The position numbers were made by a program, and so were the translations under genes. DNA of 64,000 nt from Lachnospiraceae bacterium (GTDB lineage Bacteria > Bacillota > Clostridia > Lachnospirales > Lachnospiraceae), in contig JAZASQ010000002.1 of the NCBI GenBank assembly GCA_036343235.1, forward strand, positions 559-64,558. The letters run 5' to 3'. The notes below the pieces were generated by a model. That model worked only from the letters and a program-made list of their open reading frames with translations, was not told the origin of the DNA and ran no database searches. Below, piece by piece: positions 27,761 through 37,043 of this stretch (position 1 is its first letter; the number at the start of each line of letters is the position of its first letter).

Positions 27761-28750
27761 ATGACAGGCGACGGAAATATCTTTGAAAAAGCAAACGTGA
27801 CAAGTGAAAAGAAAAGTACCCATACCATCCGGAAGCTTTCCGGACCGGAGGGCTCCGGCCGGATTGATTCCTTTGCCATCCTGCCGGGTATTGACCTGGC
27901 CTGTATCGAAATGAATGCCCACGCCTGGCCTGCGCAGAAGACCGGCCCCGGCAAATCTCTTATTGAAATCAGCTACTGTCTGCGCGGTGCCCGCCACCTT
28001 CACTACAAGGATGGGCGCGAAGACTGCCAGTCCAGCGGAGAGGCTGCCATCTCAATCAACAATGGCAGCGGCAGCTCCTGCTTCCATTGTCTTCCATACG
28101 AAGGAATTGAATTCTCCATCGACCTTTCGGAAATTGAGAATCTGCCGGACTACGTCCTGTCCCTTTTTGCAGAAAACCCCCGGTCCCTGTGTTCCCGTCT
28201 GCCCGCAGGAGATCTTCCCGTCCTGATTACGGAACGGCCGGCAGCCGAGCGGAAAATGGCTGAAGACCTCTGGAACCTTTATAAGGACTCTGCTTCAGAT
28301 GAAGCCTCTTCCATCGCTCAGATCCGGACACTGTCCATCCACCTGATTTCCACCTTTCAGAGCAACAATTTCGGCGGCCGCCACCGGAATTCTGCGAAGC
28401 TTAAGTCCCTGCAGAAAAAAATCGCTGAAGAGACGGAAGCCGCGATTACGGCCGACCTCTCCAATCCGGTTTCTATCCGGGAACTTTCCGCCCGCTTCAA
28501 AACAAGTGAAACTTCCCTTAAAACCTACTTTTCATCCGTCTATGGCTGCGGTATTTCCGACTACATGAAGGAGAAACGTTTAGAAAAGGCAAAGGAGCTT
28601 CTGGAAGCCACGCCTCTCCCCATCTCCGAAGTTGCCGCCCGGGTCGGCTACCAGAGCCAGTCCAAATTCTCCGCCTTCTTCAAAAAACAGACCGGAAATA
28701 CACCACTTAATTACAGAAGACAGCAGGCTATAGATCCGTCTGCCGGGTGA
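27761..28750 (+). CDS. AraC-family transcriptional regulator
   Basis: C-terminal double HTH (SIRELSARF...ISEVAARVGYQSQSKFSAFFKKQTGNTPLNYRR). The start at MTGDG is tentative, and the ORF is open from 27710. Confidence 0.8.
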   Translation: MTGDGNIFEKANVTSEKKSTHTIRKLSGPEGSGRIDSFAILPGIDLACIEMNAHAWPAQKTGPGKSLIEISYCLRGARHLHYKDGREDCQSSGEAAISINNGSGSSCFHCLPYEGIEFSIDLSEIENLPDYVLSLFAENPRSLCSRLPAGDLPVLITERPAAERKMAEDLWNLYKDSASDEASSIAQIRTLSIHLISTFQSNNFGGRHRNSAKLKSLQKKIAEETEAAITADLSNPVSIRELSARFKTSETSLKTYFSSVYGCGISDYMKEKRLEKAKELLEATPLPISEVAARVGYQSQSKFSAFFKKQTGNTPLNYRRQQAIDPSAG

Positions 28751-28810
28751 TTGTTTGAGTGAAAAAATCTCCGTCTACCACATAAAAAAGGGATGCCTTT
28801 TTACAAGGAC

Positions 28811-30502
28811 TTACTGAAAACGAACAGCAAGTTCATCTGCGACCTTTTTCTCCGCCGCGTGGCAGGCGTCCCAATTATCCGTCTTTATACTAATATAGAC
28901 CTTGAGCTTGGGCTCTGTCCCGGAAGGGCGGACAACAACGGAGGAGCCGCCGGCCAGCAGGTACTTGAGGACGTCCGATTTCGGAAGCCCGTCAAGGCCC
29001 TCCGCATAGTCAAGGGTCTTTTCCACGGCAATACCGCCGATGGACGCCATCTCCCCGCGGAAGTCCTTCATTATTCTCTTCATCTTTTCAAAGCCGGATT
29101 CGCCCTCAAAAGCGAAGGAGTGCAGCGTGTTCAGCCTGCAGCCGTATTCTTTGTACAGCTCGTCCAGCTTCTGCAGGAGGCCGATTCCCTGTGATTTGTA
29201 ATAAGCAAACATCTCGGCAATCATGAAGGAGGCATCAACAGCATCCTTATCGCGGACGTAAGTTCCCGTCAGATACCCGTAGGACTCCTCCATGCCAAAG
29301 ATATAATTATTTTCCTTCCCCTCTTTCTCGAGGAAGCCGATCTGTTCTCCGATGAACTTGAATCCGGTCAGGACGTTCACCGTGCGTACGGCGTAGTGGT
29401 CCGCAATCTGCTCCGCCATGTCCGTTGTCACGATGGTCTTTACCATGACAGGATTTCCCGGCATCGTCCCGTTTGCGACTCTACGGCTGCAGATGAAGTC
29501 CAGAAGCAGCATACCGGTCTCATTTCCGGTCAGAAGCTTATAGTCCCCGTTTTCATCCATTACTGCAATGCCGACCCGGTCACAGTCGGGATCCGTCGCC
29601 ATGAGGAGATCGGCCTTCGTCTTTGCTGCATACTGCATGCCGAGCTCCATGGCCTCCCGGATTTCAGGGTTCGGATAGGGGCAGGTGGGGAAGTTTCCGT
29701 CCGGCATTTCCTGCTCTTTCACGACCGTGATATTCGAAAAGCCGGCTTCCTTAAGCGTCCTGAGCACCGGCTCCCGGCCGGTTCCGTTCAGAGGTGAGTA
29801 AACAATGGCCACATTCCGGTCAATATCCGCTCCGCCAAGAACAGACTGATCCTTTACCTCAGCTATAAAGGCATCTTCAACTGCCGCATCAATCCAATGA
29901 ATCTTTCCGGCAGCTAAGGCCTCATCGAAAGGCATTTTTGTCACATCCGAAAAAATGTCCAGGGACTCGATTTCAGAAAGAATCTCCGTCGCTGCCTCCG
30001 TCGTGATCTGGCAGCCGTCAGCTCCATACACCTTGTAGCCATTATACTTCGAGGGGTTGTGGCTGGCCGTCACCATAATTCCAGCCGCGCAGTGAAGATA
30101 GCGGACAGCGAATGAAAGGCAGGGGGTCGGCTTGATGTCCTCATATATTTCGACTGCAATCCCGTTCGCCGCAAAGACCGCCGCAGCCGTCTTCGCAAAG
30201 ACATCCGACTTGATGCGGGAGTCCCTGCTGACTGCGACACGCCGCTTTCCTTCCGGAAAGTGTTTCACGATGTAGTTGGCAAGGCCTTGGGAAGCCTTGG
30301 CCACGGTATAGACATTCATCCGGTTCGTACCGGCTCCGATGACGCCTCGAAGGCCCCCGGTGCCGAACTCAAGATCGCGATAGAAAGCGTCGTTGATGGC
30401 CTCCTCTTCGCCGGCTTTCTCCTTCAACTCTGCGATCAGATCCGGATCCTCTGTGGCCTTGACCAGCCAGTCTTTGTACTTTGCTTCGATATCTGCCTTC
30501 AC
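28811..30502 (-). CDS. Phosphoglucomutase/phosphomannomutase-family phospho-sugar mutase
   Basis: Active-site loop TASHNPSKYNGYK. 563 aa. GTG start with SD AGGAGG. Confidence 0.88.
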   Translation of the reverse strand: MKADIEAKYKDWLVKATEDPDLIAELKEKAGEEEAINDAFYRDLEFGTGGLRGVIGAGTNRMNVYTVAKASQGLANYIVKHFPEGKRRVAVSRDSRIKSDVFAKTAAAVFAANGIAVEIYEDIKPTPCLSFAVRYLHCAAGIMVTASHNPSKYNGYKVYGADGCQITTEAATEILSEIESLDIFSDVTKMPFDEALAAGKIHWIDAAVEDAFIAEVKDQSVLGGADIDRNVAIVYSPLNGTGREPVLRTLKEAGFSNITVVKEQEMPDGNFPTCPYPNPEIREAMELGMQYAAKTKADLLMATDPDCDRVGIAVMDENGDYKLLTGNETGMLLLDFICSRRVANGTMPGNPVMVKTIVTTDMAEQIADHYAVRTVNVLTGFKFIGEQIGFLEKEGKENNYIFGMEESYGYLTGTYVRDKDAVDASFMIAEMFAYYKSQGIGLLQKLDELYKEYGCRLNTLHSFAFEGESGFEKMKRIMKDFRGEMASIGGIAVEKTLDYAEGLDGLPKSDVLKYLLAGGSSVVVRPSGTEPKLKVYISIKTDNWDACHAAEKKVADELAVRFQ

Positions 30503-30712
30503 AGCTCATGCCTCCTTTTCAAGAAGAAGTATAACACTTCGGTTCAGTCAATTTCATTAACAATTATACGCTTCCCTTGCCTTTTCTTTCAAAAAGCACT
30601 ATAAAAGAGGAAACTCTTTGAAAGTGAGGACTGCTTTCTGCCGGCTGTCCATCATGACTTCATTACAGTCCATATGTCCGGGGAAGAAGAAAACTGATCA
30701 AAGGAGAAAATA

Positions 30713-31930
30713 ATGGAACCCGTCATTACCAGTCTCTTGGAAACCGACCTCTACAAATTCAGCATGGGGCAGGCCATCTATCACCTGTTCCCCTCTTATA
30801 CGACAACCTGGACCTTTAAATGCCGGAATGAAGACGTGCATTTCACGAAGGAAATGGTAGAGGAAATCCGTGCGCAGATCCGCCACTACTGCGAGCTGCG
30901 CTTCACAGAGGAGGAGCTTTCCTACCTCTCCGGGATTACCTGGTTCCAGACCTCCTACATCGACTTTCTCCGCCTCTGGCGGCCGAACTTCGAGGACTTT
31001 GCGATTTCAGATGAAGCCCCCTGCGGCCTCTCCATTGAGACGAAGGGTACCTGGCTCAACACGTCCATGTATGAGATCCCGACCCTTGCCATCGTAAACG
31101 AGGTATATTTCCGTTTGCAGTATGACTACGGAAAGCTGCTTCAGAGCTTTGAAGACCGGCTACAGAAAAAGAAAGAAGCCGTGCAGAACAATTCTCTCGT
31201 TCTCGGGAATTTCTCCGAGTTCGGCCTGCGCCGCCGTCTGTCCGCAGAAGCCCAGGATCTGGCAGTACAGTCGCTTTCCGAATTGAACGGAAAAAGCAAG
31301 GACGTGAAATCTGTCTGCGTCGGCACGTCAAATGTCTATCTGGCGAAAAAATATCATCTGACCCCTGTCGGCACCATGGCTCACGAGTGGATCATGTGCG
31401 TCGGCCAGGGCAACCACAAGCACAATCCGGCCTACTCCAACTGGTACGCCCTCGATGCCTGGGTCCGTGAATATGGCATCCTGAACGGCATTGCCCTGAC
31501 AGATACCCTCACCACGGACTGCTTCCTCCGGGACTTCCAGCTTACCTACGCCACCCTCTTCTCCGGCGTCCGCCACGATTCCGGCGATCCGATTGAATGG
31601 GGGGAAAAGATGCTTGCCCACTATGAGACCCTCGGCATCGATCCGAAGCAGAAGACCCTTCTCTTCTCCGACAGCCTCGACTTCGGGCGGGCTGCAAAGA
31701 TTTATGCCCATTTCCATGACAAGGCAAAGGTTGCCTTCGGCATCGGCACCTATATTTCGAACGATACGGATGTCGAGCCCCTGAATATCGTCATGAAGGT
31801 CACTGACTGCAACGGGCAGGATGTGGCCAAGCTCTCCGACACAGAGGGCAAGGGCATGTGCAAGAATCCGGCCTATGTCCACTACCTGAAGCGCTGTATC
31901 GACTGGCGGATGACCCACGATGAAGTATAA
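30713..31930 (+). CDS. pncB: Nicotinate phosphoribosyltransferase
   Basis: The N-terminus ITSLLETDLYKFSMGQAIYH is the PncB signature. 405 aa. Confidence 0.88.
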   Translation: MEPVITSLLETDLYKFSMGQAIYHLFPSYTTTWTFKCRNEDVHFTKEMVEEIRAQIRHYCELRFTEEELSYLSGITWFQTSYIDFLRLWRPNFEDFAISDEAPCGLSIETKGTWLNTSMYEIPTLAIVNEVYFRLQYDYGKLLQSFEDRLQKKKEAVQNNSLVLGNFSEFGLRRRLSAEAQDLAVQSLSELNGKSKDVKSVCVGTSNVYLAKKYHLTPVGTMAHEWIMCVGQGNHKHNPAYSNWYALDAWVREYGILNGIALTDTLTTDCFLRDFQLTYATLFSGVRHDSGDPIEWGEKMLAHYETLGIDPKQKTLLFSDSLDFGRAAKIYAHFHDKAKVAFGIGTYISNDTDVEPLNIVMKVTDCNGQDVAKLSDTEGKGMCKNPAYVHYLKRCIDWRMTHDEV

Positions 31931-31973
31931 AATTCAGGATTGAAAGAAGAAAATGCTCCCGTTTTCATCAAAT

Positions 31974-32014
31974 CAGCCCCTCTTCGGATTTCAAAAAAAT
32001 CCGAAGAGGGGCTG
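31974..32014. terminator. Bidirectional terminator between pncB and the CDF transporter gene
   Basis: CAGCCCCTCTTCGGATTT-CAAAAAA-ATCCGAAGAGGGGCTG, a stem of about 17 bp. Confidence 0.75.
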
Positions 32015-32050
32015 TCTGTTACTTTCCACCTCTGATAGTAATATTATTCC

Positions 32051-33181
32051 TCAATCATCAGTGATATAAACGTCCGGCTGGACCTGAATCTGCCAGTCCG
32101 GATACATCTCCTGCACCTCACTGCAGATTTCTTTCACGGCTTCCGTCCGGTCACAGTCGAAAGACAGTACGACATCAAAGCTCATGGCTTTCTTCTCCGG
32201 ATCCGCGTAGAAGCCATGAAAGCTCATGGCATAGTCATGGGCCATGACCTTCTCCAGAACGGAATTGCGCATCTTTGCCGCTTCATTGTCTCCCGTGTTC
32301 CTTGCATAGAGGCCGATACCGGTCAGAATGACCCCATGCTTCATATAGACGGCCATCTGTACCCGCCGGTCCAGTTCGTCGATTTCCACAGCTGTCAGGG
32401 TATCATCCACCTCGACATGGACTGAGCCATAGTTTTTGTCTGGCCCGTAATTATAAAGAAAGAGGTCATAGGCCCCGTGAACTTCCGGGTCCTCGGTGAT
32501 TGTCTTCTTGATAGCGCCCACAAGGGCCGGGTCCGTCCGCTGGCCCAAAATATCATTCAGGGTCTCGATCATCATCTCTATGCCGGACTTTATAATGATG
32601 ACGGCTATGACAGCACCGACATACGCTTCAAGGCTGACCTTCGTCAGCATGAAAATGATTGCAGAGGCCAGGACCGAGGCCGAAAGAATGGCATCAAATG
32701 AAGCATCCGAGCCTGATGCTATAAGTGACTGGGAATTGACGTCCTTCCCCCTCTTCTTGAAAAAGGCTCCCAGAAACAGTTTCACAACGATGGCCGCTGC
32801 TATTATTATGAGAGATACTAATGTATAATCCGCACTTTCCGGATGAATGATCTTCTTCACCGACTCCGTCAGAGAGGTAATGCCGGCATAGAGGACGATG
32901 CCGGCCACAATCATGGCCGTCAGGTACTCAATTCGTCCGTAGCCCAGGGGGTGCTTCTTATCAGGGGCCTTCCCCGCCAGCTTCGTACCCACAATCGTGA
33001 TGATTGAGGAAAGGGCGTCAGACAGATTGTTCACGGCGTCAAGAGTGATGGCGATGGAGTTTGCCATCAGACCGATGACCGCCTTGAAGCCGGCCAGAGC
33101 AACGTTTGCAATGATGCCGACGATACTGGTCTTTACAATGACCTTTTCCCGGTTGGCGATATTTGCTTCTACCTCATCCAT
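32051..33181 (-). CDS. Cation diffusion facilitator (CDF) family transporter
   Basis: Six-TM N-terminal domain with DAVNNLSD-type motifs and a cytoplasmic C-terminal domain. 376 aa. Confidence 0.8.
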   Translation of the reverse strand: MDEVEANIANREKVIVKTSIVGIIANVALAGFKAVIGLMANSIAITLDAVNNLSDALSSIITIVGTKLAGKAPDKKHPLGYGRIEYLTAMIVAGIVLYAGITSLTESVKKIIHPESADYTLVSLIIIAAAIVVKLFLGAFFKKRGKDVNSQSLIASGSDASFDAILSASVLASAIIFMLTKVSLEAYVGAVIAVIIIKSGIEMMIETLNDILGQRTDPALVGAIKKTITEDPEVHGAYDLFLYNYGPDKNYGSVHVEVDDTLTAVEIDELDRRVQMAVYMKHGVILTGIGLYARNTGDNEAAKMRNSVLEKVMAHDYAMSFHGFYADPEKKAMSFDVVLSFDCDRTEAVKEICSEVQEMYPDWQIQVQPDVYITDD

Positions 33182-33223
33182 ATCTTTTTCCTTCTTTCGG
33201 ATGGAATTCCTGATACACCTGTA

Positions 33224-33258
33224 TAGAAAGAAATCCCCTCTACTGTACAGCAGAGGGG
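33224..33258 (-). terminator. Rho-independent terminator after thrH
   Basis: CCCCUCUGCUGUACAGUAGAGGGG followed by AUUUCUUUCU on the minus strand. Confidence 0.65.
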
Positions 33259-33289
33259 AAGGCTTTGCAATAACGGGGCTGAAATATTA

Positions 33290-33889
33290 TTATAGAGCTT
33301 TTTCTATGGCAGCATACAGCTCGTCGTAGGTCTCCAGGGCCGGTATATCCGGATGGTCCTTTTTGATGGCTTCCGTAGTCCGGAAAAGAAAACCGGCCTT
33401 GGATGCCTCAATCATTCCGAGATCATTGAAGGAATCGCCGGAAGCGATGGTCTCAAAGCCAATGGACTGCAGGGCTTTGACCGTCGTCAGTTTTGACTGC
33501 TCGCAGCGCATGGTGAAGCCTGTAATTTCACCATTTTCTGCCACCTCAAGGGAATTGCAGAATATAGTAGGCCAGCCAAGCTTTTTCATAAGCGGGGAAG
33601 CGAACTGCTCAAAGGTGTCGGAGATGATGATGACCTGAGTAACGGCGCGAAGGCGGTCCAGGAAGTCCTTTGCTCCGGGCATGGGGTCGATCTTTGCGAT
33701 CGTCTCCTGGATTTCCTTAAGGCCCAGACCGTGCTCCTTCAGTATGCCGATCCGGTACTTCATCAGCTTGTCATAATCGGGCTCGTCCCTGGTCGTGAGC
33801 CTCAGTTCAGGAATACGGGACTCCTCTGCAAAAGCAATCCAGATTTCAGGTACCAGGACCCCTTCCAGGTCAAGGCATACGATGTTCAT
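33290..33889 (-). CDS. thrH: Phosphoserine phosphatase / homoserine phosphotransferase ThrH-type HAD hydrolase
   Basis: MNIVCLDLEGVLVPEIWIAFAEESRIPELRLTTRDEPDYDKLM closely resembles Pseudomonas ThrH. The start is set at MNIV with SD GGAGAGAGG. Confidence 0.8.
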   Translation of the reverse strand: MNIVCLDLEGVLVPEIWIAFAEESRIPELRLTTRDEPDYDKLMKYRIGILKEHGLGLKEIQETIAKIDPMPGAKDFLDRLRAVTQVIIISDTFEQFASPLMKKLGWPTIFCNSLEVAENGEITGFTMRCEQSKLTTVKALQSIGFETIASGDSFNDLGMIEASKAGFLFRTTEAIKKDHPDIPALETYDELYAAIEKAL

Positions 33890-33982
33890 CTTTCCTCTCT
33901 CCTTTCGCTTCCTGACAAAGCGTCTGTCAATTTCGTATCGTTCCACCCACTCAAAGGGCAAATATACTTTTCGTCAGCTGCC

Positions 33983-34456
33983 CTATTCATCCGTCTTTTT
34001 GTCACCGCGCAGCACTGCAGAAATAATCTGAGCCGACAGTTCCGCAGCCCTGGCCGCATGAATTCTGTCCATGGTCTCCTGAAACAGGGCTTCTTTCCGC
34101 CGCTCCTCCAGGGCGGAAAGCATCTCCTGCCGCCGCTTTTCTTCACTCTTTTGGCTTTTCTTCCGCCAGGCAGTCCTGTCCTTTACAGCCCTGGCACCCT
34201 GCGTATCGCCGATGACACGTCCCCTGACTGCCTGCTCCGGAAGCCTTGCTCCATCAGGTAAATCTTCATAGCAGGTCAGAAGGAAATTGTAAGCATCTGC
34301 AATATCGTAGTATTGCCAGGCCAACTCCGGATCCGGATGGGCATCAGGATGGTAGATTTTCAAGAGTTCCCTGTAGGCAGTCTTCACGTCATCCAGCGTA
34401 GCAGGGCCTGTAATGCCAAGCTGCAGCAGGGCATCCTTTGGATTTGTATACTTCAT
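33983..34456 (-). CDS. J-domain (DnaJ-like) protein
   Basis: J-domain helix II/III with an HPD motif (AYRELLKIYHPDAHPD). The remainder is charged and not recognisable. Confidence 0.7.
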   Translation of the reverse strand: MKYTNPKDALLQLGITGPATLDDVKTAYRELLKIYHPDAHPDPELAWQYYDIADAYNFLLTCYEDLPDGARLPEQAVRGRVIGDTQGARAVKDRTAWRKKSQKSEEKRRQEMLSALEERRKEALFQETMDRIHAARAAELSAQIISAVLRGDKKTDE

Positions 34457-34468
34457 ACGCTATATTGC

Positions 34469-34499
34469 AAAAAACGGAACGGGAAATCCCCGCTCCGCT
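34469..34499 (-). terminator. Rho-independent terminator after the csp gene
   Basis: GCGGAGCGGG-GAUUU-CCCGUUCCGU followed by UUUUUUG. Confidence 0.65.
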
Positions 34500-34534
34500 T
34501 TTCAAGTTCAATCTATCGTATCACAACAGGTCGA

Positions 34535-34738
34535 TCAACCGATGACAGTGACATTCACTGCCTGAGGGCCTCTCTCGCTCTGGCTAACTTCATACTGAAC
34601 CTTGGCTCCATCCTGAAGGGTCTTGAAACCTTCCATATTCAGTCCACTGAAGTGAACGAAGATGTCGTTTCCCTCCTCATCGGAAATAAATCCGTAGCCC
34701 TTCTGGCTGCTGAACCACTTAACTGTTCCTGTCTTCAT
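34535..34738 (-). CDS. Cold-shock protein (CspA family)
   Basis: MKTGTVKWFSSQKGYGFI...VHFS contains the RNP1 and RNP2 motifs. 67 aa. Confidence 0.92.
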   Translation of the reverse strand: MKTGTVKWFSSQKGYGFISDEEGNDIFVHFSGLNMEGFKTLQDGAKVQYEVSQSERGPQAVNVTVIG

Positions 34739-34880
34739 TTTTATATTTCCTCCAAACTACAGGGCCCGTATTGCTCTTGTTTCGTGGGCCCAACATAGAT
34801 AAATTATCACAATGCAGGAGTACTTGCAAGCAGAATTATTATTCCTTTTCAAGGGGCATCCACACAGAAAAAAGACTCCA

Positions 34881-35402
34881 TCAATCATTGATTCCATATC
34901 CGGATAAGAGCTTCCTGACGGCATTTCCCCAGGCCATGTCCACTGCCTTTCCCGCAAAGATATCCTTTGCGGATGTTCCGGAGGTGACGGTAATCGTCCC
35001 GTTCCGATAGGTGATATTCAGGGCCATGGAGAGTATATTCGCCTCATCAACAGCCTCCCCGCTTTCAGCAGCCAGCTGCTTCACGGTACCGGATGGAGCA
35101 GTCAGAATGAAGCGCATGAATTCCGGCAGAACTTTTCCCTTCACGGCATCAAAGCAAAGAGCGCGGACCGTACCGTAGAGAACGGGACCGGCAGCAGGAG
35201 CCGCCCCTCCTGCCGCAGGTTCTTCCACCGCGGCAGTAGAAGCCGGGGGTTCGCTTCCGGCTCCGGCTGCCTGGTTTCCTTCTATGATGAGATTGAACCC
35301 CTTCATAATGGTAATCTCATGAACGCCGAAGGAATCGAAGGCCTCAGACGACAGAAGACTCCCCATGAAGGCCGAAACATTTTCCAGTGTAAAGGCGACC
35401 AA
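34881..35402 (-). CDS. Conserved hypothetical protein coupled to clpX (proposed TTG start)
   Basis: SD GGAGGGAG lies 6-8 nt upstream of a TTG, and that TTG sits 1 nt after the clpX stop. An Ala/Pro/Gly-rich linker joins two globular halves. No family is recognised with confidence. Confidence 0.5.
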   Translation of the reverse strand: MVAFTLENVSAFMGSLLSSEAFDSFGVHEITIMKGFNLIIEGNQAAGAGSEPPASTAAVEEPAAGGAAPAAGPVLYGTVRALCFDAVKGKVLPEFMRFILTAPSGTVKQLAAESGEAVDEANILSMALNITYRNGTITVTSGTSAKDIFAGKAVDMAWGNAVRKLLSGYGIND

Positions 35403-35403
35403 A

Positions 35404-36924
35404 TCAGGCTCCCTCCGCAGCAATACGCTTGGGCTTCTCGACAGTTCTCATGATAATCTTCGGTCCGCCCTTCTTCTCGACATAGTCCTTGGTAATCACT
35501 ACAGTACCGATATTGTCGTCCTTGGGAATTTCGTACATGATATCGAGCATGAGATCCTCAAGAATGGAGCGGAGGGCACGGGCCCCAAGTTCCCGGCTCT
35601 TTGCCTCTTCCGCAATGGCACGAAGAGCATCGTCCTCAAATTGCAGATCCACTTCATCATAGGAAAGAAGCTTCTGATACTGTTTGATGATGGCGTTTTT
35701 CGGCTCTTTCAGAATGCGGACCAGCATATCCGTCGTCAGAGATTCCAGAGAGAAGATGATAGGCAGACGGCCTATGAACTCCGGAATCATACCGAACTTT
35801 CTCAGGTCCTCCACCGTAACCTTTTCAAGAATATTCTCATCTCCGTCATACTTGTCCTTGAGGTCGCTGACAAAGCCCATCGCAGAAGACTTGTTCAGGC
35901 GCTCCTTGATAATGTCCGAAAGGTCCGGGAAAGCCCCGCCGCAGATGAAGAGAATATTCGACGTATCGACCATTGTCATGGGGACCATAGCATTCTTTGA
36001 GGAGGCGCCTACCGGAACTTCAATCCGGGACCCCTCCAGGAGTTTCAGCATGCCCTGCTGGACAGCTTCCCCGCTGACATCCCGCTGATTGGCATTCCTC
36101 TTCTTTGCCAGCTTGTCTATCTCATCGATGAAGATAATGCCATACTCGGCCTTCTCTACATCATTTCCGGCAGCCGCCAGCAGTTTCGATACAACGGATT
36201 CGATATCGTCGCCGATATAACCGGCTTCTGTCAGGCTCGTGGCATCCGTAATGGCAAGAGGCACATCGAGAAGTTTCGCCAAAGTCTTCACCAGATAGGT
36301 CTTTCCAGAACCGGTGGGGCCGATCATCAGCATATTCGACTTTTCAATCGTGACCCCGTCGTCCTGCTGACTCCTGTGTTCGTCAGCAAAGACCCTCTTG
36401 TAGTGGTTGTATACGGCCACGGACATAACTTTCTTTGCATGCTCCTGACCGACGACGTATTCGTCGAGCTTGGCCTTAATTTCGTGGGGAGGCAGCATAT
36501 TGCGGATGTCGATTTCGGCCGGAGCCGTATCGTCTTCCCCTTCTTTTTCTCCCTTTTTCTTCACTTTCTGGCTTTCAGGGACACCGCCAAGGCCTCCCAT
36601 CAGGTCCTTGATATTGAAGAAGTTCAGAGGCTGCAGGGAAGAAAGGTCGAGATTCGAACCGGAATTGTCCCCGCCGAAAGGGAAATTCTTCATGGAGTCA
36701 AAAGTCTTCTGCATGCAGTCACTGCAGATAGAAAGGTCCCCGGGAATATGAATCATCTTCCCAGCTACGCTCTCGGGCCGCCGGCAGATGTAGCAGACAT
36801 CCTCATAACCGTCCTTCTTCTCATTCGTCCCGCTGTCCTTTTCGTCCGACGGTTTGTTGTCCGGCTTGTCGTCAACCGGCTCTCCGTCGATTACTTCTCT
36901 GAAATCATTGTCGTTTTCTGCCAT
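35404..36924 (-). CDS. clpX: ATP-dependent Clp protease ATP-binding subunit ClpX (with an N-terminal acidic extension and extended linker)
   Basis: C4 zinc module (CYIC...CSDC). The AAA+ core carries GPTGSGKTYLVKTLA, IIFIDEIDK and GARALRSILE. It is 506 aa against a typical length of about 420 aa. Confidence 0.9.
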   Translation of the reverse strand: MAENDNDFREVIDGEPVDDKPDNKPSDEKDSGTNEKKDGYEDVCYICRRPESVAGKMIHIPGDLSICSDCMQKTFDSMKNFPFGGDNSGSNLDLSSLQPLNFFNIKDLMGGLGGVPESQKVKKKGEKEGEDDTAPAEIDIRNMLPPHEIKAKLDEYVVGQEHAKKVMSVAVYNHYKRVFADEHRSQQDDGVTIEKSNMLMIGPTGSGKTYLVKTLAKLLDVPLAITDATSLTEAGYIGDDIESVVSKLLAAAGNDVEKAEYGIIFIDEIDKLAKKRNANQRDVSGEAVQQGMLKLLEGSRIEVPVGASSKNAMVPMTMVDTSNILFICGGAFPDLSDIIKERLNKSSAMGFVSDLKDKYDGDENILEKVTVEDLRKFGMIPEFIGRLPIIFSLESLTTDMLVRILKEPKNAIIKQYQKLLSYDEVDLQFEDDALRAIAEEAKSRELGARALRSILEDLMLDIMYEIPKDDNIGTVVITKDYVEKKGGPKIIMRTVEKPKRIAAEGA

Positions 36925-37043
36925 GTATGTTTCCTCTTACGCCATTACAGCGGCTTACTTTACAGAATGTTTATATTTTCCCATAAGAGTCCGAATGGGT
37001 CCGCTGTTCGCAGACCCATTCAAAACTGATTCTTCCCGATGAA

